64,000 bases of DNA from Takakia lepidozioides. Taxonomy: Eukaryota > Plantae > Bryophyta. The stretch covers positions 31,062,001 through 31,126,000 of the forward strand of contig CM060734.1 of the NCBI GenBank assembly GCA_030704615.1. Direction: 5' to 3'. Positions 37,701-51,439 of the stretch are shown here, piece by piece (the first letter of the stretch is position 1; each line of letters begins with the position of its first letter). The position numbers and the translations under genes were made by a program. A model generated the notes under the pieces. The model was not told the DNA's origin, did not search any database, and saw only the letters and a list, made by a program, of their open reading frames with translations.

Positions 37701-40700
37701 AATCTAAATTGCAATATTGCTCACACGACAATCTAATGAAGAAAATTGGGCTGGAATTGGGCTGGAATTGAAACCATCCTGATTTGACCACCAACCAGAC
37801 TTTACGATTTGGCCTGCGTCCCTGGAGCCAACCCACAGCAACTGTTGCAAGAAGAGCTGAGAACCAAGCCAAAGGACCCGCAGCTACATACAACTCGGTA
37901 ATTTCCTGACAGTAGCAAATTGGACATATCAAGCACCCAAAAAACAGGTGATCATACCACATCCTTCTCCACACGGTGCTTGCGCTCCCGAAACTTAGCA
38001 AAACGCTTTGCTTGGTCCTCCGATACAGTCTGCAAAAACACAAAACCCGACTCTACAGTTAGATTTGATTTTGGGGACAGTTGACAACCACACAGATTCA
38101 ATGTTGGTGCAGTGCACAAGGCTCTCATTTGGGCGACCATTAGTGGGAAATTGCTATGTGGTAGAGAACCCGTAACACCAGGTTCACCCAGAAGTACAAG
38201 GAGATCATTAAACTATCCGCAAGAGAGGGAGAAAATTGAGAAGGTTTCAGACCTGCCACTGCGACTTGAGAACACGATACTCCTCTTTCATTTTGACAAC
38301 CAGAGCCTCTCGCTCCAAATAGGTCGAGTCAAATTTAAAATGACCCAGCAAAAATTTCCACACCTGTACGCCACCCATTTTTTTACTTTTCCTCATACAT
38401 AGTGGTATAACTAGGTGCAAAGACCTCCATAACAACAACGGAACCTCCGCGGAGGCTTCATCATCCAACCATGCAGAATCCACTGATACATTCACAGAAA
38501 AAGAGAAGGCAGATACCTCACGGCGCAGGTTTGCCTCCACTCCACCATGAAAGATACGTTTTCTCAGCGCCTTTGGATCCACCACCCGTCCTTCACTGTC
38601 CAGAAACGTGGCCCACTACACACCACACACCAGGACTTTTGCTAAGGAGGCAGACTTTCCAAGCTCCACAGACAAGAGGGCCAATTCACTGGGATGCTGT
38701 ATAACTCTATGCCATCAATCCATACCATCCTGTTGACTCAGTAATGTCGCAGGCTGCAAATGGCCTCCCATGGCAGCTCTAACAAAAGGAAATCTTCTGG
38801 TTACTCTGTGATGCCCTTCTAGTGACTATGGGGTTGTCACTGACGAGGTGTGTCTATCATTTACCAGGTCAAGACAGGCACACAAGATTGCTTAATGAAG
38901 TGTAACAAGGTCCCAGCTGTGCTTAGAATGTCATCCATTGTTAATTCCACATTTATGCTGTCCATCAAATCTACGAGGTACAAGGACATGACTTACATGT
39001 TTGTGCATATAACAAAAAGGCCATTTATAGTCTACCACTCACCAGGTGAATTCATTGAAAACACAGACACAGAAACCACACTAAGCTTCTTCCCGAGCAA
39101 TGTCTACCCTTTATAAACACATATTGGTTCTGCAAGTACAAACCTCTTCACTCCCAAGAGGGGGTGGCCGTGCCCGTCCCCAAACGAGCGCAGGTGAGTC
39201 AATCTGGCACCATACCAAAATAACCACAATGAGCCACTTCAACGACATCCAGCACGGACAGTCAAAAGGCAGACACTAGCAAGCTCCATCAAGCCAGGAT
39301 CTTTCTCCGTCAATCACCATTTTTAATGTTTCTAAGGACAACCTGGAAGAATCAACTTCATTTGTACAAGTGATTGGACAAGAGACCTTGAAGACGAATT
39401 TTGCTAAAGGACCTTGGCATGCAGAACAATTTCACAAAATATCAAGATTGAGAGCTTACAGGAGAAGGTAAGGGAGTGTCAAGAACATCTTCAAAGCACA
39501 AAGAGCTGGCGCGGGAATTAAGTACCTGCGTACCATCCACAAGCTCAAAGGTGCCCACATTAGTGGCTGCCTCTTCATCGGACTCCCCCTGTAGCTGCTC
39601 AGAAGGAAATCACACTCTCTTTAATGACTTTGCAGTAAGGTCTTCTGTGCCAACTCTGAGATAAAAGGCATCAGTACTCTCAGGTGACAAATTATCCTGC
39701 TGGGCTTGATTGATTTGTGTCAGTTTGTACAAGCTGCAGCCCTAGAGTCTGGATTGTGGTGTTTCAATAAACAGTGAGTAGCTTTAGAGCACAGCCATCA
39801 GCATACAAGCACAGAAATACTAGCCAACAGACTCAAAGTAAACAATTGGTTTGGGCTTTCCAGATTTCCTCTAGAAAGTCCTCACATAAGCATCAATCTG
39901 CTGTGTGTGAGCTGCCCAGCATAGCCTCCAACAGGACCAGGGCTTCAGGCTCAGCCTCGAGACAACGTTTAAAGTAAAACGATTAAAAAACATTAAAGGA
40001 CAGTGATGTGAGTAAGACAATTTTCACAAACTACAAGAGGAAAGGTGCATGATGCATCCATCTGAGAGAATCTCCCTTTGAGCTCTTGAACCAGTCTCAA
40101 GTTGCTCTCTCTGAAAAGGTCTGAATCACCTCATCCACCCAGTTGTCTACTCATGTAAAAGCAAAGCATACACACACTAACCTCATCTGTTGAAGGTTGG
40201 ACAGGCACAACTGCTGATGCCTGGACTGTGGGCCTGTCTGATGGCACTGAAATGGAACTCATGGACAAAGAAGATTCCTCCAAGTGTGCTCGAGACCTAT
40301 TAGGTGCCCGATCAAAATCCATTTCGGAATTACCTAGCAAACGTCCCTCTCCAAACAAATGCGCTGTTGTTTCTCTGGCAAACTTCGTAACCATTGAGAA
40401 CTTTTCCAGAACATGGATGGAAAGATCCCGTGCTGGATCTCGCATCCTATATTGTTGTGTTTCTGACCCTTCCATCCTGCTGCCAGTGCCATTGCCATTC
40501 TCCACCACTTTTTGTGCCTCTCCATCTTGTTTGGGAACAACACCCCAAGCATCAAGTTTGCTAGTCGATGCCGTGGCTACTGCTGGAGCCACCTCTGTCA
40601 GATCCAAAGATGTGAGACTCCTCTGCAGACCCACCCACCCTCTTAGTGTTTCAAGTGTTCATTTTGGGATTTCTGGCTGGTACATGAAGGTCAAATAAGC

Positions 40701-43700
40701 AGCTAGAAACATAAATGCAAGTAGTACACATCACATCAGCAGCAGTTGCTGGTATGTACTTACCTAAAAGAGACCATCAAGCTTTATATTCAATATTAGT
40801 CAACACACTATCTTCACCAATAGGTGGTGCTGCAACTGTGGATCCAGTGTTAAGGGTTGATAATGATCTGTGTCCAGCGTAAGTAATGATCTTGTAACAT
40901 TGATTTTCACTACAACTCTGCAGCTCAGGAAAAACCTCAATAACTGACATGGGCTTTTTACTAAGTTTTTCTGAACATTCTGATCCAGCCAAACATTGAA
41001 CCATTGAAATTGTGGGAAGAAAATTGCACCAATACCTGAAGAGGGTCCTGGACATCATTAACAAGGTAAACATTGGAATCATCATTTGACCTGCAGTTAC
41101 ACCGGCAACCCTGCCCATCACTTTGCTGCTGTCCCTGAGAAAACAGATCTTGTAGCATGCACATGTCAACAATAAGCAGCCAAATTAGCTAATTCTTACT
41201 TGCCCATCTCTGATTGTAAAAATAAGACTAAATAAATAAGAAGACGATATCCATTTTCTTACTAGGATCAGCCAAAGGCTTATAAATGTTAGACTTACAA
41301 CTTCATCTTCTGATGGGTGGATCCACCTCTAAAGCTGTTGAATACTGTGTAAGTCCTGTCTAAGGGAACTTAGGACACATGAATGAACTTGGATAGATCT
41401 GTAACAGGGGAAACTCCTAAATAAGTACAGCATTGCAGACTGATCTGTCAAAGTAGATAAAAACCCCCACTAGCCCATCATAAGCAAGTCCCAGAGATAT
41501 CAACACTGACCTCACAAGAAGAGCATGAGCTTTCAATGTGGCCAGAAACTCTCGAACACCACCATTGTGGAAATACAACGGCGGAAATGCCAGACCTGAA
41601 CACCACATCACCAAAGTCTAGCTTCAGAAGATACTATAATAGATGCTCAGACCAAGATACTTCATATGCAAAATATGCATCGATCAATCATACACATGTA
41701 TGTCATCAGTGACTGTGGGGAGGTGTATCACTTGGAGTGTCTCATAATATTCTGAGCAGAATTCATGTTCCCAAAAGTACCCTTCTAGTCATACAGGCTA
41801 AACGTTGGTGGTTCCTACACTGAAAATGTGGAAGTTTCATCCATAAGGAGCCCAGACAACACTATTGATTCTATTGCTTTGAATCCATGTATCTTAACAT
41901 GATAGCCCCAAACCTGATGAGTCAGAAGACTTGTACAAGCTAGTAATATAACAAAAGGAGCATACCAGAGGTAAGAACAATGATGATATACTGCCACCCT
42001 ATGGCCGGTGTGTGACGGCGAATAGATCGCATTTCTGCCAGTGAAACAGCCCGAATAGTGTACAGGTTTCTATCTGTTGCACGCAGCCATCCACCTGTTA
42101 GGTCAAACTTATGGGCCTCAATCCCAGTAAATATATCCACTAAATTCATATCCTGAAACTCATTGGTGCTAATCATAAGCATCACATTTCTACCAAGCAT
42201 CAACTTACTTAGATGTCTCTCTTGTCGTTCAACATTGGTCACTTTTTGACAAACTCTTTGAGTGGGGTTCATTAGCAAGTGACAATATCCTCTATGGGTG
42301 TATAAATTTAACACAAACTGTGATGGTCTCATGTTCTGGGCCATTTGCAGCCTACCCACCAACCTGGGCTAAGCATAAACTGCTGGGGCTTGCACCCGGT
42401 GAATGTAGCAAACCTTCCACAATTGCACAAAGCCATGTATTGCTCATCTCTGCGCTTCTAAACCTTACAACAATGGATCCTTGGCTGAAGAAACCTGATG
42501 AGTGAAGGTCACAAGAAGTGTGTCCAGTTTTAACATGAAGTGTTTACAGGCTATGCAGAGGACAATGACATGACTGTAGAGCTTCTCATTCATCCACAAT
42601 TTGGATAAACCATTCAGCTACAGAGATGATATAGCACATATGTATAGCTATTGCCACAAGTAAAATGCTTGCTCTAATTTCTTCAAGTATTCTTTCAATT
42701 TGGAACTTCCAAGTACCACACAGCTAAAACTAAGACAAGCATTGACACAAACCTTTCTCAGAAGAGTTACCACCTGATGGTTTACTCCGACCACCATTGG
42801 GAAGCATCACAAAGGGTCCATCTTTTACAACACCTCCCTGGACGTATGGAATCCACGTCTGAGAAAGCAACAACACTCCCAGAGTCAAGGGCATGTTTTC
42901 ACTGACACTGCAAAGTGTTTTCTGATGGGAGAGAGTGCAGGGGCAACATCGTGCACCATTTGGCCGTGGGAGCATCTACCAAAGATCTAAGCCCTCTCTC
43001 ATCCCAGTAATTCCTGGCTTTGTGACAGTGTCCCCAAGCACTTCTGAAGGGCGGTACAAGAATGATCCTGTCTTGACACCTGAGACTCTAAATGCAGGAC
43101 TTCATTCGCCTATCTGTCACCGTAGGAGCCTCTAGAGATTATCCGTTTTGGGAGGTTACATTTGTCCCCGATGCTCCAAACTGTGCAGACGTAAATTTTC
43201 CTCGCATGTTGGTGATCGTAAATAAGGAGGATCCACTGTATGATGCGCAGCTCCAATATGTTAATGTTCTCAAGAAGATCGGGAAGGACGTGAAGCTATT
43301 CAAGATAGAGAAGGCGGGTAATGGCTATAGAACCTATCTAATACCACTTGGAAGTTTAAACACCTTTTCCATCATTCATGTGAGACCTGCGTTTGGAAGC
43401 CACTCCATGACCAGCCTGAGTAAAGGACGAGACAACTCTGGATACAGATCCAGAGTTGTATGGTTCGTTACTGAGGCTGGTCTCGTAGTCGGTTGCTGAG
43501 AGGATGATCAGAACCAGCCGATGTTGGTCTTAGTGTAAGCAAAACTCACCATATACTCAGCATCATAAATCACTAGGCAAATGACTGTATCTTCCCAGAC
43601 ATCACCATACGTCTAAACCATCCGTTTCTCCAAAACAAATGGACACACGAATAAAACATATAATGCAATCCATTTCGAATCACCCAGAACCATTTTAGAG

Positions 43701-44971
43701 ATATCAGTATACTGTAGAGCAACCTGCGAAACTGCACAAGTTTGAGTGATAGTAATAACCATGAATAAGGAAGGGCCCTGCTTGATGAGCCGTAATCGAC
43801 CACTGATACGCTCGCTGGCGGACTGTGTGGGATGCACTGACACGTTGTCCTTCACAAACACAACTTGGTACGCATCCAATCCTCCACTCACACCCTTCCC
43901 AGTCTCTTCTCCAACAACTGCAAGGCTTGCATCCTGCAAGTGCCCATGATTCTCAGTGTACTCCCTTACAGTCCACCACCCAAGACAATTGCTGAAAAAG
44001 AGAAAAGCTCATACTTGTGACAGTCAGGACAGTCTTTTCAACAGTGAGGATACCAAATAAGTTAAGCATGTGGCTTGCGGCCTGTACAATGACTAAGGGT
44101 AGATACCTGATTGGAAGCACGGTTTACAACTTCCATATGCATGGCAAATCTAGCATAGTTCTTAGCGGGCATTCAATCTGATCTCCAGCTCATTTACTGC
44201 AGATCCCATGGACCATAACCATAACCATAAACCATAACCATTCCATAAAATCGACATGAGATAGAAGCATGGGTGTCTTTTATGGATGACCCTGCGAGTG
44301 AGTCCTAAAGGATCCACAAGCACGATAGAGAGTACTGTTCTTCAACAAATTAGAACCAACATAGTGCAACTTCCATCACCCAAGTGCCTGATGGACATGG
44401 AATTCCGCTGTGATAAAACTACATCAGCACCCAGTTTGTTACTGCAGGTTATTGGAAATTGAACAGACTCGATCCAAGTGACAGCTCTTGCGGTACTACA
44501 AAAGCGCGGCTTCGCGAAACCAGATCGCGAGGCACCCGCTGAAAGCCGTACACACGCCTAATTCAGACCCAAAGGTGCCACAATGTTGAGTTGATTGTAA
44601 TTCTTCGACCTTACCTACGAGAGAGACTGCAACGGCAACAACAAAGTGGGATGCTTCCCTCCACTTTTCTGTTCATGTGAGGAGTGACTAATGGGTTGGA
44701 ACCGTTAATAACAAGCGAGCCGGATATGCTGCCAGATTATCTATCTTCACAAGGTCACATGCTTCAACAGTACTCAGCACACTGATGGCGACCTCTGTCT
44801 TTAGAACTGCATCAACTCCAAAAGTTTCAGATCCGATGTCAGCAAATTGTGGCCCACAAATCTCTAAGAGAGCAACGTACACACCTTAGACGACACAGAC
44901 GACGATGCATTAGGTTTTACATGCTGGGATGCGTTGTAATCCGCATCGTCCACCAAATCCGTGTGCTCCAT
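34755..44971 (-). CDS. TBC-domain Rab GTPase-activating protein (TBC1D15/17-GYP7 type, At5g52580-like), ~711 aa
   Basis: 16 GT-AG exons: 44885-44971, 43760-43933, 42753-42858, 41966-42073, 41511-41595, 41036-41090, 40182-40622, 39526-39594, 39144-39203, 38517-38615, 38253-38363, 37958-38029, 37403-37519, 36208-36357, 35351-35451, 34755-35055 (2136 nt, in frame). Motifs KDVVRTDR, GYCQGMSD, FCFRW. Confidence 0.95.
42913..43329 (+). pseudogene. Carboxylesterase (CXE/GID1-like, HSL family) 3' fragment antisense in Rab-GAP intron 2
   Basis: KCFLMGESAG/NIVHHLAV..PGF..SE..DPVLT../DFIRLS..GASRDYPF..FPRMLVIV..DPLYD.QLQYV..LKK.GK.V....AGNG. It is frameshifted, has no introns over this span, and the catalytic His position reads Asn. 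Confidence 0.85.
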
Positions 44972-45453
44972 GGTTGGGCCTCTTCTATCACAACAGCATT
45001 CCCTGCCCCGTACGTCCTCGTAGCCCCCGGAAACAAATCAAACAAGACGGGATCAAACTGATTCCTTGCCCCCAGACAACGCTGCAATCCAACTGGCAAC
45101 GTACGCTAACTCTTTCAGCCACCCCCCAAGCTGATATACAACGCTATGCTGCCTTCAATTGTCGCCAATCCAACGTCGCATTGGTAGTCCACACATTCCA
45201 GAATGCGACTGCAACTGCAATCCGTTCACATCAAACCCTATTTGCATAATTTGTTGCAATCGATCTAGCCCCCATCCCTCCCTCGGATCCTTCCCTTTCT
45301 CTCTTCCTCTCTCGCGTCTCTCTCCCTCTCATTACGCTACAGATGCTACAGAAGACGGGGTCCGCGTGGACCCCGAGAAACGCCGGGCTTGCACCCGCCG
45401 ACCTCTCCGCGTCCCACTTGCATGGGGCCAACTGAAATCCAAAGTTTTTTTAA

Positions 45454-46249
45454 CCTTATAGGTCGAGCTATTTTTTGGTGGGCCCACTGAGAAAGGGGTG
45501 CATACCCTTATGGACGAGGGTGTAACTTCTTACCCCAATCATCCATGGGGATTAACCTTATACTTATGTGCATATCTACTAGATCCATGTCCTGTCAAAA
45601 ATATAGGCAAATTGAACGTTGCATTCGGGAGATTATAACAAACTAATATGCCCCAATTTATAAATATATTCAAAAATTGCATGGAAAAAAATTGTTTGAC
45701 CACAAAATTGAAGTATCGAGTTGAATCTTTCTAGACAAAGGCCCTCCATAATGTGATTATATAGCACCTAAACTACTACCTCCCCAAAAATCAGACCAAA
45801 ATTCCAAAAATTCAGATAGTTTGCTTTGTATGTGAAATCTGGGGGGTGAATTATCTTGTTTTGGCTTCTTTCCCAAGTACGGTGACATTTGTTTTCCAAT
45901 TCTTCTGGTAAGTGAGTACACAATAACATTTCATGGTGCCTTGTCCAAATTTTTTGGCATTATGACAAATTTTCAGCCCTAGATGTTATCTTGAAGATTG
46001 CCCATTTGGCTGCCACGTAGGCAGATCAATGGTGCTCTAACATTGGATTTCCTGAAACCCTGGCACTTTGCAAAATTCTAGAAGCAAGAGCTTTTATGAT
46101 TTTTTGGCGCTGTAAATTCCCACATGGGCTCCTCTCTAACATCTACAATACATCTTCAAGGTTCACTTCCATCCACTATCATCCATGGGAACTGGAGCGT
46201 GGCAAGTAATTTGACGTGACCCGATTAGGGTCGCGTCGTACTTTAGGGG
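45454..46249. mobile_element. piggyBac-like non-autonomous element (left boundary uncertain)
   Basis: The right end GACCCGATTAGGGTCGCGTCGTACTTTAGGGG|TTAA mirrors the 32025 terminus. Left candidates are TTAA|CCTTATA at 45450 or 45552. Confidence 0.45.
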
Positions 46250-46491
46250 TTAATTATTTATTTATTTTTTAAAATTATTATTGGGTTAATTAATTTGGGT
46301 TCGCCTTTATCAATCATGATGTGTTTGCTTCATGGCTCTTCGGGGGATTTTTTTATTATTATTATTATTTTTGGTTAACAAAGGACTATGCCCTGATTAA
46401 GCTTTTTTTTCCCCCCAATCTAATAAAATTTCCTGAGGGCCACTATCCCCTCTTTAAAAAAAATAAAAAATAAAAAAATAAATAATCAGTG

Positions 46492-46575
46492 ACCAATCGG
46501 TAGCGCAGTTGGATATCGGAGCACTTAGTGCCACCCAGATGATTCTGGGTTCGAATCCGGCTCCGTTGTTGGTGT
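46492..46575 (+). mobile_element. tRNA-like head (SINE or tRNA pseudogene)
   Basis: A box TAGCGCAGTTGG and B box GGTTCGAATCC, but the cloverleaf is imperfect. Confidence 0.5.
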
Positions 46576-48319
46576 GATCTTCTTCCCCTGTTCTTCCCCT
46601 TCTCATGGGGACAGCTTATAGTGCTTGCATTGGCGAGAATACTATGAAAAGAGGTTTCTTTTTCCTCTCATTAATAATAATAGGAAGACAATAGGAACAA
46701 TGTAACAACTTAATGGACACGTGTGATCTGACGGTACTTTCGATGGATTCCAGTAGTCTGGGCTCCTTCGGCAGGGCCCTGTCAAATCCTCCCCAGCCCA
46801 TATCTTCCATAATAATATATGACGCCTCTCGATAGAAGCCTAAATTATGGACCCGCAGGGCTACAGGTGGAGACCAGTGTCTTTGAACCCGCAAGGCTAC
46901 TGCTTTTCGGCCGAGAGGTGGAGACCAAGGTTGAGCGGGTATATATTTTATCAGATATAACCGCCGGGAGGGACAGTGTGGTCAGGGGGTCGGCCTTGGT
47001 AGGTACCAACATTGATGAGTAAAAATGTATGTAGAGACATATTATGGATATTGAATAAGCAACAACTTTTAAGACCATTCATATAATGTCATATTTGAAA
47101 ATAGTAGAAGGACCAACTACCGTTCGAGAGTATCTCATGTTAAGGAAAGCCCTCATAACACTCCCACTGTAGCATCTGATCATCCGAATGGGATGGGTGC
47201 GTAGTCACCAATTAAAACTACAAAGATCTGCAGCTAAAGGATCAAAAGAAGCCATCACATCCCAAGCGCGTCAAGGGACGGTCCCCCTCCAGTCGTTCTT
47301 GCCTGCCGACAAAACTGATCAACCAAATTGAGAATGATATCAACTCTACGAAACAACAAACCCAAGCTAACAAAGTACATACTTACGTACAGGAACACGT
47401 CATCTTTGGAAGAATGAGCATTATCTTCTTTCACTTTATCTTGACTTCCTATCATTTGGGAGATGTAACCAAGAGACTGCGATCCCGACAATTGATTGTC
47501 AATCATCTGTGCAGCCAAGCTGTTATACTCTAAATTCTCTAACATTCCCGAGATCAACTCCGTCTCGAATTCCAAACATTGAGAGTGCAACTACAAACTC
47601 TCACAAAAACTAATTTGTTCATGTCGTTCGGTCATTAACACAGCCACCTAAATGAGAGCAAGTCCCCAAAAGAACTTGCATGAAATTTGGGCTCTTCTCC
47701 TTGGAACCACACTAGTTTATTCGATCGCTTCCCTTACGCTTCAGCAGCTTATAAGCACATATGCGGAGAAGACAAGACCCAGCAGAAAACATAGAAGAGC
47801 ATTCAAAAAAATGAGAAACTGGTGTATTAAACAAACACAAAACCAAAAAATTTAAAATCAGGAGGAATCAATTCCAAAGCGGGAGAGATTTCGTAAGCAA
47901 AATTACAATGAAAAGACCTTCTATTGTACTAAATTCTATTATATTCTACTCAGCAGAAATAATAGAAAGCCAATCTAAGGATATGCATGCTCGCCAGATT
48001 CAACCGGGAGGAAAATGACCAACTAAAATATTTTCACAATAAAACGATCGAGGTAATGTTTCGCAAATGAAAGAGTACGGTGTACCGCAAGGATGACATG
48101 CCAAATTCGAAGAGAAATTGAGAAAAGAAATAATGCATAAAATGTTAGACATTTGAGAGTCGATTTAAAAAAGACTCGCTGGCGAAACCAAATGAACATC
48201 ATCATCTAGATGCGGACTAATCTCCTAGAGTCTACTCATGATACAAATGTTTACAAAATTGAACAGTGAAAACTATAGTGTATGACAGGGTTGCATACTA
48301 ACGTGATATCATGTCGAAT

Positions 48320-49760
48320 TAGGTAACGTCGGATCGGGCGCTGACGGAGGCCTACGTCACGTCAAATATATATTAAAAAAATAAAAAATATAGTGGTCAA
48401 ACATTGATGTCACATAAGCTAAAAAAAAAACCACGTGGCCTAAATAAACAACAAAATATTGTCAAGTCAGCTGTGATAATTTGTCAACTTGATAATTCGA
48501 GACCACCAAAATTGGCTGTCCCGATTTATTAAATATTTTCTTAAAAATTCAAGAATGTCACAGCTGGCGGTCTTGAATTTTTTTTAAAAAAAAATGATAA
48601 TGCGGCACAGCCATAGATTGCTTTAAAAATATTCAATAAACCAGGATCGCTAGCTCTCGCGGTCCTGAATTATCAAGAAAATAAATAATAAATAGAGACC
48701 GCTAGCTTTGGCAGGCCCAATTTTTATTTTTTCTTAATAAACAAGACAGCCATAGCTAGTTAGTTGCAATGGTCAGAGCAAGTGGTCCCATTTTTTTTAC
48801 TATTTAATTTGTTTTTAGTGAAATTTGGATCGACAAAGCGAATTTAATTTTTTGAGATTTTTGAATTATTATTTTTATTAAATTTGGGACAGCCGCAAGT
48901 GGCGGTCCAAAAATTTTGAAGTTTTTTTTTTTTTTTTTTTCAATTCAAGACCGCTTGATGTGGCGGCCCCAATTTTTTTCCTTTTATTATTTATTTTTAC
49001 TAAATTTTATAACGCCAGAGGTGGCGGTCCCGATGATGCGTCAGGTCGCGTCGGATCCGAAGTTGACGCGGACCTGCGTTACATCAGTTTTATATATATT
49101 ATATATATATAATTTATATGTATTATATGTATTATATGTATATATTTTATATATTTTTTATATAATAAAGGATATAAAAAATATGTCACATAATATGCTT
49201 AAAAAAGAATGAAACAACCACGTGGCATGGAAAAAAAACCATAAAACTGTCACGTCCGCTAAAAAATGATATATATATTTCATAAATATATATAATTTGA
49301 TCTTAGTGCCATATATTTTGAGATTATTAGAAATAAAATTACGCTCGTGAGTGATAGCGATCCAATATATTTTTAGTTTATCTAAATTATATTGGGACCA
49401 TTAATCTGACGATCCCGCCATTATATTATCTAAAATATATATTAAATAATTTGGGACCGTCAGTATTGCTAGTCTCGTTATATATTTATAACATACCCTC
49501 ACTCAAAAAAGGACCGCCAGTATTGGCGATCTCATTATATAAAAACATATGTATTAAATAAATTGGGATCGCCAGTACTGCCAGTCTCGTTATATATTTA
49601 TAACAAATATTTACTCGAAAAAAGACCGCTAGTTTTGGCGATCTCATTATATTAAAAAAAAATTAAATAAATTAGGACCGCCAGTAGTAACGGTGCCAAT
49701 ATATTTTTAAAAATACATCAAAAATAAATTGGAACCGTCAGTGCTGGCGGTCTTTGCTGA
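48320..49760. repeat. Dimeric AT-rich array of GGGACCGCC/GGCGGTCCC palindromes
   Basis: Two related ~715-bp blocks, each opening with GTCGGATC and CCACGTGGC, with many GACCGCC..GGCGGTC words. Confidence 0.7.
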
Positions 49761-49829
49761 AACTAGAACAATGAAACACGAGTGTCCTGATGGCTCAAGT
49801 TGTTCAAGAACTCGCGACCGCTCGAAACA

Positions 49830-50335
49830 CTTTTGAAGTTCTCCTTAAACTTGGCACAGTTTTGATATGGCAGAGTTCTGCTATGGCTTTGGGGGTACCA
49901 ACCCCAAACCTGCATCTATTTATGAAAAGTTTTAAGCAATTCAGCTTAGGCTTTTAGGCACACATTGGCCTTTAAAGCTCTTGTATGGATCTGAGATATT
50001 CAAAGTTCATAATCTTAAGCATGCTGGATTTTTTTCAATTGATTTCTAGAGCTTACTACTACTGGTTGAAGCTGACTGAACCTTGAAGCTGCCAAGTTAG
50101 TAATCATGAAGGGACTTTCAGATTACAAATTGCATATGACTTGGTAAGACTTAAAGGTTACTTAGAGATCATCATAGCAGATACCATCTGTTCGCTTACT
50201 ATATGTCACTGGAATACCTCCAACGTATAGGTAATGCTCAACTTGTTCCAAATATGAAGGTGTAAATTTTGAAAGTTTTGTGTGGCCTTAAAACCATACC
50301 TGCTCATGGCATATGAACAGTTTCTTATGAAGAAG
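49830..50335 (+). mobile_element. 3' fragment of a Penelope-like RT
   Basis: Direct repeat of 54874-55073 and inverted repeat of ~55970-56175. Translates to SNHEGTFRLQIAYDLVRLKGY, a thumb-like F..L..L..GY pattern. Confidence 0.55.
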
Positions 50336-50482
50336 AAATTTTTTGTTTCATCATCTCTCTCTCTCTCTCTTTCCCTCTCTCTCCCTCTTTTTGTGCTGCT
50401 CACAAAAAAAAAAAAAAAAACCAGAGAGGGATTGAGGGGGCAAAAAAGTCTTAGCAAAAAAAAAAAAAAAAAAAAAAAAAAT

Positions 50483-50520
<38 letters not shown>

Positions 50521-50974
50521 AACAAAGGAAATTAAAAAAAAAAACGGGGGGGAGTGACTGAGCAGCTGCTGCTCAGTCATTCCCCTATTTTTTTATTTTT
50601 TTTCCTCATATATATATATATATATCTCTCTCTCTGTTTTGTACTGCTAACAAAAAAAAAAAAAAACCAGAGATGGAGAGAGGGTGCAAAAAAATTAAAA
50701 AGAGAAAGGGAAAGGGACAGAGACAAAAGAGAGGGAAGATACTCTTGTCATGTCAAGACATGGACAAGACCCACTAGGGTCATTGTCAATTAAAGACAGG
50801 GCACCATCTAACACTTCTATTCTTGTCATAGCTTCCCAATTGACATCACCCAATCATTCATGATAAAAAAAGGGTGAGAGAGCGGGGTTTGTTCATGTAA
50901 GGGACATGATAACAGGTTGATGCAGTCACGCAAGAGGTGAGGCAGCATAGGTATACGAACCAGCATATAATTTT

Positions 50975-51400
50975 TACAGATTCAAGACATGCATCCGAGC
51001 AAGGGTCTTGAAAAAGGCAAAACAAATCATAAATACCCTAGGTCATGTACCAAGCAAATCATCTTGGGCATATGAATCGGCCTACCATATTACAGATTCA
51101 AAACATGTCTTCAAACAAAAAATCTTAGGCATGACAAAACAGGTTGTTGCATCCTATCATACCAATCTTTTTATTACACCAAGACATGCATTGAGCAAGG
51201 CATCTTGATTAAATGGACCAGCCTGCAATTTTTCAGATTTAAGACATGCAACCAAGTAACCCTCTTGGGCATGACAAAATAGATTGCAGCCTCATTCTAT
51301 ACCATTCGTAATTACCCCAAGACATGCATCATGCAAGGCAGTAGGAACAGTCTACCATTTTACAGATTCAAGACATGTACACACAAGCATCTTGAGTATC
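50975..51400. repeat. Degenerate tandem repeat (CAAGACATGCA core)
   Basis: About six CAAGACATG-like words with similar flanks. Confidence 0.55.
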
Positions 51401-51439
51401 CGAGATCAGGTCCTCTTGGCCAATAAGTCCATACATTGT

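Noticed and set aside
46492-46575. Functional tRNA gene
   Set aside because: A and B boxes are present but acceptor and anticodon stems do not pair properly.
50206-50793. ORFs rich in ERERER, KKKK or FFFF
   Set aside because: Translations of microsatellites and homopolymer runs.
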